DNA of 64,000 bases from Candidatus Latescibacterota bacterium (GCA_963422735.1 OY730476.1:3552001-3616000); one strand, 5' to 3'; counted from the stretch's first letter, positions 20,018 through 32,363 are shown. Made by a program: numbers and translations. The notes: generated from the sequence alone by a model not told the origin.

Positions 20018-21109
20018 TTAGATCCTTCCGATAAAAAGGTCCATGTATTGGGCGGCGATTCTTTCCCGAGAGTATTCGCGTCGAACGTAAGCGCGGCACT
20101 GGCGACCGATATCGGCGCGCTCCGCCGGGCCGAGAGCGAGGAAGCGGTGGATCTGCTCGACGAAGGCCGGGTAGTCCTCTGGATCAACGAGAAATCCGCC
20201 TTCGCGCACACTCTCGGTCAGGGCATCGACGGCAAAGGCCACAGCCGGGGTGCCGGCGTACATACATTCGAGTTGGGTCTGGCCGAAACCTTCGACATCG
20301 CCGGGTATGTGGATGTTGGGCATTAGAAAAAGAGCGCAACTGGTGCGCAGCATGGCCAGCACATCGTCGGGGACTTGCCCGAGCAGGACGACGCGGTTCT
20401 CCAGACCCAGTTTGCGGCGGTACGCCTCCAAGCGCGCGGTTTCGCTGCTAGGAGCACCGCAGATCAAGAGGCGAATATCCGCGTCGAGCAGGGGCATGCC
20501 CTTTGCTAAAAATTCGACCATGCCCTTGCGGGGGACCTGGCGGCCGAAAAGCAGCAGGATGCGGTCTTGGCCAAAGCACAGCCCGTGTTCCTGCTCAAAG
20601 CGGACTCGGACCGCTGCCAACTCGTCGGCTGCCAACTCCGGCGGCTCAACCCCTAGATAGACGATTTCCAACTTGGCCTCGAGTACGCCGCTGGCAGCGG
20701 TAATGCGACGGCTGTGTTCGCTGATGACAACTACCTTGTCGCAGGCGCGGACTCCCCAGTGCATCAGTGTGCGCGCGAGGGAATTTTTGTAGGTCATTTC
20801 GAGACCATAGACGGTGGTGACGAATCGCGCTGGACCCAAAGGGCGCAAGAGTGGAGCCAGCACCGCGGCAACCCCGTCGGCGAAGTATACGGCATCGACG
20901 CGGCGGAAGAGCACGGCCCCAAATGCGACCATAAAGCAATAGGGAAGGAACCAAGTTAGATGCAAAAGCGATTGGCGGCCTAGCGCGACGAGGTGGACTT
21001 GGGCTTGGTCGGCTAGCTGAGTATAGAGCGCGTGGCAGTGGGTCTGGATGCCGCCGATAGTGGGCGGGTAGCGGCGGGCGAGGAAGAGAATGTGGGGGCG
21101 ATGGGCCAT
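20018..21109 (-). CDS. Glycosyltransferase family 4
   Basis: YPPTIGGIQ, GRQVPRKG, EGFG...LE. Confidence 0.9.
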   Translation of the reverse strand: MAHRPHILFLARRYPPTIGGIQTHCHALYTQLADQAQVHLVALGRQSLLHLTWFLPYCFMVAFGAVLFRRVDAVYFADGVAAVLAPLLRPLGPARFVTTVYGLEMTYKNSLARTLMHWGVRACDKVVVISEHSRRITAASGVLEAKLEIVYLGVEPPELAADELAAVRVRFEQEHGLCFGQDRILLLFGRQVPRKGMVEFLAKGMPLLDADIRLLICGAPSSETARLEAYRRKLGLENRVVLLGQVPDDVLAMLRTSCALFLMPNIHIPGDVEGFGQTQLECMYAGTPAVAFAVDALTESVREGGFLVDPEDYPAFVEQIHRFLALGPAERADIGRQCRAYVRREYSRERIAAQYMDLFIGRI

Positions 21110-21430
21110 AGTGGACTCGAAGAGTGCGACCTCGGGGCCGCCAAAGAACCCCGCGTTCTGGGCAAGACGCGGAACGCGAGGTTAATTTCCGTTCGCAGGT
21201 AGTGCATTCGACCATTTTAGTGCCACTCTTCACGCTACTGAATAGCAGAAAAGCTACGGCGCGAGCAAGCGAGCGGAAATTAAACGTTGAGTTTGTGCAG
21301 AAAGACATGCGTCGTTTTATGCGGTCCTACGCAACTATATGGGGATCTGGCAGGCAGTGCGTATGGGACTAGCTCAAAGCGGCTGATTGCTCTTGCGCAC
21401 AAATAGGCATCACGAGCAACCGCTTCGCGG

Positions 21431-21523
21431 TTCGGGCACAACACAGCGGACATGGACAGCGAACTCCGGGTGCTGGAGCGCAAAGTGACGGCCGGGGCGC
21501 ATTTCTGCTGACGCAGCCGGTCT
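21431..21523 (+). pseudogene. Frameshifted fragment of a methylenetetrahydrofolate reductase (MetF/YitJ-type) domain
   Basis: FGHNTADMDSELRVLERKVTAGAHF, then a frameshift to LLTQPV; resembles the MTHFR motif ..L..K..AGA.F..TQPV; no start or flanking frame. Confidence 0.55.
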
Positions 21524-21667
21524 GTGCGGCGGGGTCGCTGCAGGGGGATGCTCAATGGACTCGCTAGTACGTCCCCAACCGCGTTCCAGAGCAATATTTT
21601 ACAGTCTGCGCCTAAACCTCAACTCCTCAGATGCTCAGGAGATCGCCGTTACGAGCACTCGCTGAGA

Positions 21668-23869
<2,202 letters not shown>

Positions 23870-24273
23870 TTAGGGATAATAAACGGCGTTCTCTCGTTAC
23901 CAGGCAAGGGGAATTTGGCTCGGGTAATGGCGCAGGTCCGGGCATCCACCCTCCGCAGTAGTGCTGCTACAGAGGACGGGTGGCGGAGGGTTCGGCAGCC
24001 TGTTGCCAGCGTGAGATAAGCCCTCCGTTCTGCCCGATCTGCCGCGATCAACTTCGCGTCGGGTTGGCCCATCTGACCGATTCCTCAAGCAGCTTGGCTG
24101 GCGATTGCCACGGAAGCGAGAACGTCTTTACGTTGGCCGTGAGCTTCATGGCCTCGATCACGCCTCCCTTAATCCTTGAGAAGCGTTCTTAGAGCGCGGC
24201 CATCACCTCGGGGCCAAGCCGAGCTCCTTGCTCTGTCCATTTGGGCCGCGACGAGGGTTTGGCGCGGGTGCGA

Positions 24274-25344
24274 TCACGGCTCGACGAGGATGTGGCCGGG
24301 GTTTTCCCCGATTACCTCGCCGACGAGCGCGGCGGCCTCTACGCCGTTTTGGCGGAGGGTGTGGCGGAGGGCCTCGGCCTCGGCTGCGGCTACGGCGATG
24401 AGGAGGCCGCCGGAGGTCTGGGCGTCGAAAAGGAGATTGGCGCGGGCTGGATCGACGCTGGCGGCAACGGTGACTTTGGATTCCAAGAAATGCTGGTTGT
24501 CGAGGGAGCCGCCTTCGAGTCCCTTGGCGGCCAGTGCCAAGCTGTGCGCTAGGGCCGGGACTTGGGCCGCGTAAAAAGTCATCCCCACTTGGCTGCCCTC
24601 GGCCATTTCCGCAGCGTGCCCCAAAAGGCCGAAGCCGGTGACATCGGTGACGGCGTGGACAGCAAAGGTGGACAGGGTTTCGGCGGCGGCCTTGTTGAGC
24701 GCGAGCATGGATTCCACGGCCTCGGTGAGGTCGGCTTCGCAGAGGCGGTCGGCCTTGAAGGCGTTGGCGATTAGTCCGGTGCCCAGTTTCTTGCTGAGGA
24801 TGAGGCGGTCGCCGGGCTGTGCACCGGCGTTGGTATAGATATAGTCGGGATGCACCCGTCCGGTGACGGCGAGGCCGTATTTTAGTTCGGAGTCTTGGAC
24901 GGTGTGACCGCCGACGAGAGTGCAGCCGGCCTCGGCGGCCTTGGACTGGCCGCCGAGGAGAATCTGGTTGAGTACCTCCGGCTCGAGCTCGTTGGCGGGG
25001 AAACCGACGATATTGAGCGCGGTGAAGGGTTGCCCGCCCATGGCATAGACATCGCTGAGCGCGTTGGCCGCGGCGATGGCCCCGAAGGTGTAGGGATCGT
25101 CGATGATGGGGGTGAAGAAATCGACGGTCTGCACGAGGGCCTCGCTTTCGCTGAGGCGATAGACGCCGGCGTCGTCGGCGAGGTTGAAGCCGACCAGGAG
25201 ATTGGGATCACTACTTTCTGGCAGACCTGCCAGGGCGCGCCGCAACTGGTCGGGGCGCAGCTTGGAGGCTCAGCCGCCGCAGGCGACCATTTGCGTCAGG
25301 CGCTTGGTCTTTTTATAGGTGAATATCTTTTGCCAACGATTCAT
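24274..25344 (-). CDS. selD: Selenide, water dikinase; selenoprotein with in-frame UGA at 25270-25272
   Basis: MNRWQKIFTYKKTKRLTQMVACGG-U-ASKLRP continues in frame into DDAGVY, QTVDFFTP, ANALSDVYAMGG, TDVTGFGLLGH, DAQTSGGLL; exact start codon uncertain. Confidence 0.93.
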
Positions 25345-25472
25345 AAGCGTTTGGGAAAGATAGCATTATATTCTACGACAAGCGAGGCGAAGCCGCCTCG
25401 CCTTGTCCTGCCTAAGAGCAGGGTGAAGTAGGCGAGACCAAAGCGATCTGTTCGCTAGAAAGGTGATACCGA

Positions 25473-26933
25473 ATGCGCATTGCAATAGCGGGTTTTTCCC
25501 ATGAGTCGAATTCGTTCTATTCGCAGCCGACGCAATTAGAGGATTTCGGGGTCTGCGAAGGCGCAGACCTAATCGGCCAGTACGCGGGAACCTTCCACGA
25601 GATTGCTGGCTATATCTCCGGGGCCGAGCAGTTCGGCTATGAACTCCATCCGCTACTAGCGGCTTCAGCGACTCCGGGCGGTCCGGTGGCCGCGGCCACA
25701 TACGAGCACTTTGTCGGGCGCATCCTCAGCGGACTTGAGGCGGCCCCTCGGCTCGACGGGGTGCTCTTGGCACTGCACGGGGCCATGGTCGCCGAGGGAT
25801 TCCCCCAAGCCGACGGAGAGACCGTGCGCCGGGTGCGTGCGCTGGTGGGCGACTTGCCCATAGCTGTGACTCACGACTACCACGCCAACGTGCCCCCGGA
25901 TCTGGTGGCCGCGGCCGACTCCTTGATCATCTACAAGACCAATCCCCACATTGACCAGCGGGAACGAGGCTTGCAGGCCGCGTCCATTCTGACGCGGCAG
26001 ATTCGGGGCGAGGTTCAGCCCAAGATGGCCTTAGTTAAGCCGGAAGTGCTTTTCAACATCTACTTCCACAACACGAGCGTCGCGCCCATGCAGCCGCTGA
26101 TGCAGGCGGCGATTGAGTTGGAGTCTCAAGCGGAGATTCTCGGGTGTAGTATCGCCGGGGGCTACCAGTACGCGGATGTCCCTTATATGGGTCCGTCGAT
26201 CGTGGTGATTGTCGACGGAGACGCAGAAAGGGCGCGGCGCGAGGTCGAGCGGTTGGGCGAGCAGATGTGGGCCAGCCGCGACCAGCTAAAGGCCACCGTG
26301 CCCGCTCCAGCCGAGGCCGTGCAGTTGGCTTTGGAGAGCGAGGAGACTCCTGTTTGCCTGCTCGACATGGGCGATAACATAGGCGGCGGCTCGTCTGGGG
26401 ACTCGACGTTTGTGTTGGAGCAATTGCTCGCGCAGGAGGCGGACGGCTGGGTCGTGTCGATCTGGGATGCCAAAAGCGCGCAAGCGTGCTTTGCCGCGGG
26501 TGTCGGCGGGCCGGTCCAACTCAGCGTGGGTGGCAAGACCGACGACATGCACGGGCCGACCTTGGAAATTGCCGGCCGGGTGCGGACGCTGCACGACGGT
26601 TCGTACGAAGAGCGCGAGCGCCGGCACGGTGGGGGCCGCTATTTTAATCAGGGGCCGACCGCGGTTGTGCAGGTCGAGCGGGCCGGGCACAAAGGACTGC
26701 TTTTGCTCAACAGCGCGCGCGCCTGTCCCAACAGCATTCACCAGATTACTTGTGCAGGGATCCAGCCCGAGCAGCAGCGGATCTTGGTGGCCAAGGGCGC
26801 GGTGGCACCCCGTGCAGCCTACGAGCCGGTGTGCCCTCGCCTAATTGAGGTGGCTTCGGGCGGGGCGACGGCGATTGACCGCCCCCCCGATGAGTACCGG
26901 CTAGCGCGGAAGTCGCTCTATGAGTGGGGTTGA
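25473..26933 (+). CDS. M81 family metallopeptidase (MlrC-like)
   Basis: HESNSF, LHGAM, DYHAN, PHID, DMGDNIGGG. Confidence 0.9.
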   Translation: MRIAIAGFSHESNSFYSQPTQLEDFGVCEGADLIGQYAGTFHEIAGYISGAEQFGYELHPLLAASATPGGPVAAATYEHFVGRILSGLEAAPRLDGVLLALHGAMVAEGFPQADGETVRRVRALVGDLPIAVTHDYHANVPPDLVAAADSLIIYKTNPHIDQRERGLQAASILTRQIRGEVQPKMALVKPEVLFNIYFHNTSVAPMQPLMQAAIELESQAEILGCSIAGGYQYADVPYMGPSIVVIVDGDAERARREVERLGEQMWASRDQLKATVPAPAEAVQLALESEETPVCLLDMGDNIGGGSSGDSTFVLEQLLAQEADGWVVSIWDAKSAQACFAAGVGGPVQLSVGGKTDDMHGPTLEIAGRVRTLHDGSYEERERRHGGGRYFNQGPTAVVQVERAGHKGLLLLNSARACPNSIHQITCAGIQPEQQRILVAKGAVAPRAAYEPVCPRLIEVASGGATAIDRPPDEYRLARKSLYEWG

Positions 26934-27056
26934 TAAGGGCCGGGTGGAGGCGCGTCAGAGGATTTTTTCACCGATGCACATGGGCCGAGGTCCGCTTGAG
27001 CCCTTTGCGGTCTCCGGCTATATTGTCTCAAAGAAATTACGCTTAGGAGATACGTC

Positions 27057-27323
27057 ATGACGGACGCCACTACCCAGTCCGCTCATTCCTCCGAACCCGA
27101 CGACATCCATTGGGGAGTGGCCTATCTGCGCCAAGACATCCAAGACCTGCGGCAAGACCTGCGCTAGGAGGTCCAAGAGGTGCGGCAGGATATGCGCCAC
27201 CAAATCGGCTTGGTACACAGCCGCATTGATGAGACCAATAAGCGCATTGATTCCCGCTTTGCTTGGCTCATTACCACGATGGTAGCACTGACCGGCATCC
27301 TCATCGCCGTGATAAAACTCTAA
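27057..27323 (+). pseudogene. Small coiled-coil protein with C-terminal TM helix (DUF1640/CCDC90-like), interrupted by in-frame TAG at 27165-27167
   Basis: AGGAG RBS; MTDATTQ...YLRQDIQDLRQDLR*EVQEVRQDMRHQ...RIDETNKRIDSRFAWLITTMVALTGILIAVIKL; putative promoter TTGAGC(26996)-N17-TATATT(27019). Confidence 0.75.
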
Positions 27324-27396
27324 TTGGAATCAAGTAGCTTTCGCCCGCCGCTGTATAGCTGGTACACGCGACTAAAACCAACAGGAGAAAAACGGC

Positions 27397-28422
27397 TTGA
27401 CACTTCGCATAGGACTAATAGGCGCGGGGGCCAATACCCGCCTACAGCACATCCCCGGTTTTCAAGGCATTGACGGAGTCGAAATAACCGCCGTCTGCAA
27501 CCGCTCGCGCGAATCGGGCCAAAAGATCGCCGACGAGTACGGAATCCCACAGGTCTTTGAGGACTGGCGGGCGCTGATCGCAAGCGACGACGTCGATGCA
27601 ATCTGCATCGGCACGTGGCCCTATATGCACTGTCCGATGACGCTAACCGGGCTTGAAGCGGGCAAGCACGTGCTGACCGAGGCGCGGATGTGCATGAACC
27701 TGGCCGAGGCGCGGCAGATGTACGCGGCCTCGCAGCAAACGGATAAGGTGGCGATGATCGTGCCAGCGCCCTTCTATTTGTCGGCTGAGCCGCTCCTGCT
27801 CGACAAGCTGCACAGCGGTTTTTTCGGCGACCTATTGGAAATTCACTGCACCGGCCTCTCCGGCAGCTACGACCCGGACGCGCCGCTGCACTGGCGACAG
27901 CGCCGCGATTTGTCGGGCAACAACATCATGGTGATGGGCATTGGCAACGAGACCGTGCGGCGCTATGCCGGGCACGAGAAGGCCGTGATAGCCTACGGCA
28001 AGACATTTACGACAGATCGGCTCGACGAGGAAACGGGGAAGAGAGCACCGGCCGATGTGCCGGAGAGCTTGGGCATAGTCGCCGAGATGGAAAGCGGCGC
28101 GACAGCGGTCTATCACCTGAGCAGCGTCGCGCACTTAGGCCCTTCCTTTGGCTTTGCCTTTTACGGAACCAAAGGCTCGTTTAAGATGGACGAGAGTGGG
28201 ATATGGATAGCCGGCGAGGGCGACGACGAGTACCAGCCCTTCGACATCCCCGAGCATCCGCGCAATGGCTGGCAGGTGGAAGAAGACTTTATCGCCGCCA
28301 TCCGCGATGGCCAGCCCGTGACCCACACTAGCTTTGCCGATGGCGTCAAATACATGGAGTTTACCGAGGCCGTGCATATCAGCATGGCGGAAGGGCGGCG
28401 GGTGGAATTGCCGCTTGATTGA
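27397..28422 (+). CDS. Gfo/Idh/MocA family oxidoreductase
   Basis: IGLIGAG, IGTWPYMH, KHVLTEARM; AGGAG RBS before TTG start. Confidence 0.88.
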   Translation: MTLRIGLIGAGANTRLQHIPGFQGIDGVEITAVCNRSRESGQKIADEYGIPQVFEDWRALIASDDVDAICIGTWPYMHCPMTLTGLEAGKHVLTEARMCMNLAEARQMYAASQQTDKVAMIVPAPFYLSAEPLLLDKLHSGFFGDLLEIHCTGLSGSYDPDAPLHWRQRRDLSGNNIMVMGIGNETVRRYAGHEKAVIAYGKTFTTDRLDEETGKRAPADVPESLGIVAEMESGATAVYHLSSVAHLGPSFGFAFYGTKGSFKMDESGIWIAGEGDDEYQPFDIPEHPRNGWQVEEDFIAAIRDGQPVTHTSFADGVKYMEFTEAVHISMAEGRRVELPLD

Positions 28423-28439
28423 GGAGGGAAACGACGAGT

Positions 28440-28697
28440 TTGATTGTTGCTCAAGTCTATGATGCGCTGAGCGAAGCGGGAACATCCAAAGAAAAGGCCA
28501 AGGCGGCTGTGGGGGCGATTCCCCTCGCCGAGCGGCTGGCCACCAAAGAGGACTTGGCCGAGTTGAAAGCGCAATTTAACGATCTGAAAGTGAGCATTAA
28601 CGAGCACTTTGCCAAAATTGAGCGCGATTTGGCGTTGCTCAAGTTTGGGTACGGTCCCGCCATTTTGGCACTGCTGGTCAAAATCGCGTTCTTCTGA
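28440..28697 (+). CDS. Small DUF1640/CCDC90-like coiled-coil protein with C-terminal TM helix
   Basis: VYDALSEAGTSKEKAKAA..LATKEDL..coiled coil..PAILALLVKIAFF; GAGGAGG RBS; start uncertain (TTG 28440). Confidence 0.75.
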   Translation: MIVAQVYDALSEAGTSKEKAKAAVGAIPLAERLATKEDLAELKAQFNDLKVSINEHFAKIERDLALLKFGYGPAILALLVKIAFF

Positions 28698-28762
28698 GAG
28701 AGCCAGCAGGATCGAGAAAAGCGTAGTAAGTAAAGTAACGCCTGCTTAGCAGCTAAAGAGAA

Positions 28763-28796
28763 GCGGCCGGGGCTTTTGCCTCGGCCGCATTTTTAT
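28763..28796. terminator. Intrinsic terminator between convergent genes
   Basis: GCGGCCGGGGC-TTTT-GCCTCGGCCGC followed by ATTTTTAT; A-rich on the 5' side. Confidence 0.75.
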
Positions 28797-29584
28797 GTGT
28801 TGAGTCGTTCGCCACAGTGCGGGCAGCGGCGCTCCGGGTCTTCTGACCGGTGAGCCGCTAGGGCCTCGACAAATCCCGCACCGAGAATGCCGGCTGGCAG
28901 CGCAAACATTCCGATCCCTAAGATGGCGATGATGGCGGCGATGGTCTGGCCGAGGGCCGTGATCGGATAGGTGTCCCCGTAGCCGACCGTCGTCAAGGTG
29001 ACGATGCTCCACCACATGGTGGCCGGGATGCTGGTAAAGACTTCGGGCTGGTCCTCGTGCTCGATGAAGTACATCAGCGACGAGGAGAGGGCCAACAGGA
29101 TCAGGAGCACTAAGAAGATGCTAACAAGCTCTTCTTTGCGATCGGAGATGACTTGGCCGAGCAAGCGCAGAGCGCGGAAGTAGCGCACCAGCTTGAGGAC
29201 GCGGAAAATCCGTAGGACGCGTATCACGCGGATAAAGCGCGCATCCACGGTCGGGGGCGGTAGTAATAAAGGGATAATGGCCAGCAGATCGATGATGGCC
29301 AGGGGCGTTAAGGCAAAGCGGAGGCGCCCGGTTACGGGCCGCGAAAATCTCGGGTTGGCAGTGATAGCCCACAGGCGTACCACGTATTCAATAGCGAACA
29401 CGGTCAGCGAGCAATCCTCAAAAAGTTCAAAGGCGGCGCGATTGAGATTGTAGATAGGCTCGACGGTTTCGAGGAGCAGGGCAACGATGTTGAGCAAGAT
29501 TAGGACGATAATGGCCACATCGACGATGCGTCCCGGCTCATAGTCCGGCTCGATAAAGTGATAGACGCGCTCTCGGATGCTCAT
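28793..29584 (-). CDS. Voltage-gated potassium channel (6TM ion transporter)
   Basis: S4 RFIRVIRVLRIFRVLK, selectivity filter TTVGYGD, C-terminal CPHCG. Confidence 0.92.
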   Translation of the reverse strand: MSIRERVYHFIEPDYEPGRIVDVAIIVLILLNIVALLLETVEPIYNLNRAAFELFEDCSLTVFAIEYVVRLWAITANPRFSRPVTGRLRFALTPLAIIDLLAIIPLLLPPPTVDARFIRVIRVLRIFRVLKLVRYFRALRLLGQVISDRKEELVSIFLVLLILLALSSSLMYFIEHEDQPEVFTSIPATMWWSIVTLTTVGYGDTYPITALGQTIAAIIAILGIGMFALPAGILGAGFVEALAAHRSEDPERRCPHCGERLNT

Positions 29585-29588
29585 TGGC

Positions 29589-30722
29589 TCACTTCCATTC
29601 GGCGAAGACCTCCTCGGCCAGTCCGAAAGCGGTGGTCATGCCGTTGCCGCCGAGGCCGTTGACGATTGTTACGCCGCGTGCAGGCTCGGCGATGAAAGCG
29701 GCTTGGTCGGGGTGTTTGGCGTAGATGCCGTGCCAGCGTTGGGCAATGTGCAGCACTGAAGCGGCGAGAAAGGTCTGGAGATAGTCGAGGATTAGCTGGT
29801 CAATTTCGGGTTTGTCAAAAGGGTTGACGACCCAGTCGTACTCGTGCGAGTCGCCGATGGTGATCTCGCCGAGGCCATTTTGCGAGGCCATGACGTGGAT
29901 GCCCCAGCGGTCGAATTCGGGGTGCTCGGCGGCGATGCGCTGCGTGTATGCAGCCAGTGCTTGGCAGCACTTGAAGGCCGGGTAATGGCGCAGCGTAAGC
30001 CCAGCGGCGAGCATTGGCCCGAGGCACCAGTTACCGGGCTGAGGCGTGGTGCGCATCATCTGCAACTTGCAGCGGGTGAGTCCGCTGCTGGCAGATACTT
30101 GGGGATAGAGCGATTCAAAGTCGGTGCCGCTACAGACAATGGCGCGGTCAACGGTCCAGGTTTCCGCTGGCGTGTAGATCAGAGGCAGTTCAATGTGGTG
30201 GACCGGGGTGGAGAAGCGCACGGCAACGCCGCACTCGTGCGCTAGGTAGCCCGGCAGCGCGGCAATGGCTTCGCGGGGATCGACGCAGAGTTCGGTCGTG
30301 CTCCAGAGGCCGCCTTTGAGTCCAGCAGGCTGCACGGCATGGCTGCGAGAGAGCACGGTGTCCCGGTTGAGCAGCTCGACCGAGTAGCCGAGGGCAGGGG
30401 CGCGGTCGGCAAACTCCGCCAGCACAGCGCACTCGTCGTCGGCATAAGCCAAGTGCAAGGAGCCGGTCTGGGTGCTCCAGATGCCCGCTTTGGGGGCGAG
30501 GTCGAGCCATATTTGGCGAGTGCGGAGGGCGCGTTGGTGCATGGGACCGGGGGCTTGGCCGATGGGCCAGATCATGCCGAAGTTGCGGATAGATGCCCCT
30601 TGCGCTTGGGGAGTGCGCTCGAAGAGGACGACGCGGTGGCCGCGATTGGCGGCGGCAAAGGCGTGGGCCAATCCGACGATGCCGGCACCGACTACGGCGA
30701 TATCCGCTTTGAGATCGGGCAT
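29589..30722 (-). CDS. TIGR03364-type FAD-dependent oxidoreductase (aminophosphonate-catabolism-associated family)
   Basis: VVGAGIVGLAHA, GASIRNFG, VDPREAI, CKLQM, IGDSHEY, GGNGMT. Confidence 0.8.
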   Translation of the reverse strand: MPDLKADIAVVGAGIVGLAHAFAAANRGHRVVLFERTPQAQGASIRNFGMIWPIGQAPGPMHQRALRTRQIWLDLAPKAGIWSTQTGSLHLAYADDECAVLAEFADRAPALGYSVELLNRDTVLSRSHAVQPAGLKGGLWSTTELCVDPREAIAALPGYLAHECGVAVRFSTPVHHIELPLIYTPAETWTVDRAIVCSGTDFESLYPQVSASSGLTRCKLQMMRTTPQPGNWCLGPMLAAGLTLRHYPAFKCCQALAAYTQRIAAEHPEFDRWGIHVMASQNGLGEITIGDSHEYDWVVNPFDKPEIDQLILDYLQTFLAASVLHIAQRWHGIYAKHPDQAAFIAEPARGVTIVNGLGGNGMTTAFGLAEEVFAEWK

Positions 30723-30941
30723 AGCAGGTGCCGGCGGTAGTTGTGAAAGGTGCGCAGGCGTTCAATGTAACGATCTAGAATGGTTGCGAACGCACCTTCC
30801 TTTTTGGGGCCGCCGATGATGCTGGCAAATGGCTGCATCAGGCTACGGCTCCATTGCAAAGAAAGTCAAAAAGGTCCCAGTTGCGTGCCTGCCCCGATGC
30901 CAATAACTCGGCGTATCTGTGCGGAGGCCGTGGGCATGAGA

Positions 30942-31673
30942 CTAGTGCGGCTTACGCCAGTGGCCTTCGAGCAGATCTTGCGGCACCCAGCCCAGTAGGC
31001 GCCGGGCCTTGGCATTGCTGTAGCGGCCGTGAGGAGTGTCCGTGGTGATGTGGAAGATCTCGCAGCGCGAAGGCAGGGACGCCAATTCTACCTCTAGGCA
31101 CTTTTGCAGGGCGCGGGCGGCGTCGGGAAAGGTGACGGAAAAGGGATTGGTGCCGCTGCCGAGTTGTTCCGCTGGCGGCTCGGCCTCGCGGAAGCTCGAA
31201 AAGAGGGTGGTGAGTACGTGGATGGGGTGGTTGGCGGCGAATACGCGGCAAATCTCTTGGCCGAGCGATTTGGTGTGGGCGTAGAGGTTGGTACCCGAAT
31301 GCAGGGGAACTTCCTCGTTGATGTCGAAGTCGTAGTACTCGTAGGAGGGGCCGACTTGGGTGAAGTGGGGACCGGTGTTGACGAAGCGGGTGTGCCCGTT
31401 CTCGACGGCGGCAAGAATGCCGTTGTACGTGCCGGTGGCGTTGACATCGAAGGCGATCTTGCGGTCAGGGCGCAGGACCGAACAGTTGATGGTTACATCG
31501 GTGTCCTCGGTGGCGCGGCGCACTTGGTCGAGGTCGGAGACGTCCACCTGCATGGTCTCGTGCGGACTGTCGATGGGTACGATGTCAGTGATGCGCAGCT
31601 CGTAGGTGTCCTCGAGTTGTTTGACCACGTGCGGACCGAGAAAGCCGTTGCCGCCTAGGAGCAGAACTTTCAT
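30942..31673 (-). CDS. NAD-dependent epimerase/dehydratase (uronate dehydrogenase-like SDR)
   Basis: LLGGNGFLG, YAHTK. Confidence 0.82.
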   Translation of the reverse strand: MKVLLLGGNGFLGPHVVKQLEDTYELRITDIVPIDSPHETMQVDVSDLDQVRRATEDTDVTINCSVLRPDRKIAFDVNATGTYNGILAAVENGHTRFVNTGPHFTQVGPSYEYYDFDINEEVPLHSGTNLYAHTKSLGQEICRVFAANHPIHVLTTLFSSFREAEPPAEQLGSGTNPFSVTFPDAARALQKCLEVELASLPSRCEIFHITTDTPHGRYSNAKARRLLGWVPQDLLEGHWRKPH

Positions 31674-32359
31674 GGATTGGCCTCAAAGTTGTATTGGGGG
31701 GCGAATGTTAGGTGGCTCTTGGCGTGCTCGACAGAGAATCGGGCGCGTGCCGCAGCGGATTGGATGTGGATGGTGCTGTACTGGCTGGCGGGTCCCTTTT
31801 GCACAATCTGGGCCACGGCTTGGGCGGCGTCGCGCTCGTCGAGCCACATTGGATCGTAGGACTGTCCAGCAACCTCTTCGGCGCGGACGAGGTGGCCAAG
31901 GCGGGCAATGGTGAGGCGGATCGCATGGCTATGGGCAAATTCGCGGGCAGTAAACTCGGCTAGATGGGCACCGAGAACGGCCGACGCGCAGGAGGGCAGC
32001 GGCTTCCAAGCCTCGTCAACGGTGAGATCTGCTTCGTACGGGGCGAAAAGGTCGAGGGTGCTCAAGAGGATGGTATGTTCGACTTCAGCGGCGGCAGCCG
32101 CCAAGAGAAGATTATACGTGCAGCGCGTATTGCGGTCTAGCCAAGTGATCTCGCCGTCGCCAGCACGCGGCGCATAGGCGAGATGGACGATGGCGTTGAT
32201 GTCTGTGACGAGTGCATCGGTCTCGGGGCCGTGCCCCAAATCGCTCTGGATCCCGACCCCAAGCTCAGGATCGGTCAGGCGCAGTTGGTGTGCGTCGCCG
32301 AGGCCAGCGGCTAGGGCTTGGCCGAGCGAGGTGGCGGCGTTGGTAATTAGTACGTGCAT
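31670..32359 (-). CDS. Degenerate SDR/epimerase-like protein
   Basis: ITNAATSLG replaces the GxxGxxG motif and no YxxxK is visible; overlaps the downstream SDR by 4 bp. Confidence 0.7.
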   Translation of the reverse strand: MHVLITNAATSLGQALAAGLGDAHQLRLTDPELGVGIQSDLGHGPETDALVTDINAIVHLAYAPRAGDGEITWLDRNTRCTYNLLLAAAAAEVEHTILLSTLDLFAPYEADLTVDEAWKPLPSCASAVLGAHLAEFTAREFAHSHAIRLTIARLGHLVRAEEVAGQSYDPMWLDERDAAQAVAQIVQKGPASQYSTIHIQSAAARARFSVEHAKSHLTFAPQYNFEANP

Positions 32360-32363
32360 AGCC

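Noticed and set aside
27165-27167. Pyrrolysine or alternative-code reading of the in-frame TAG
   Set aside because: Many conserved genes here end in TAG, no pyl genes are present, and context predicts CAG to TAG
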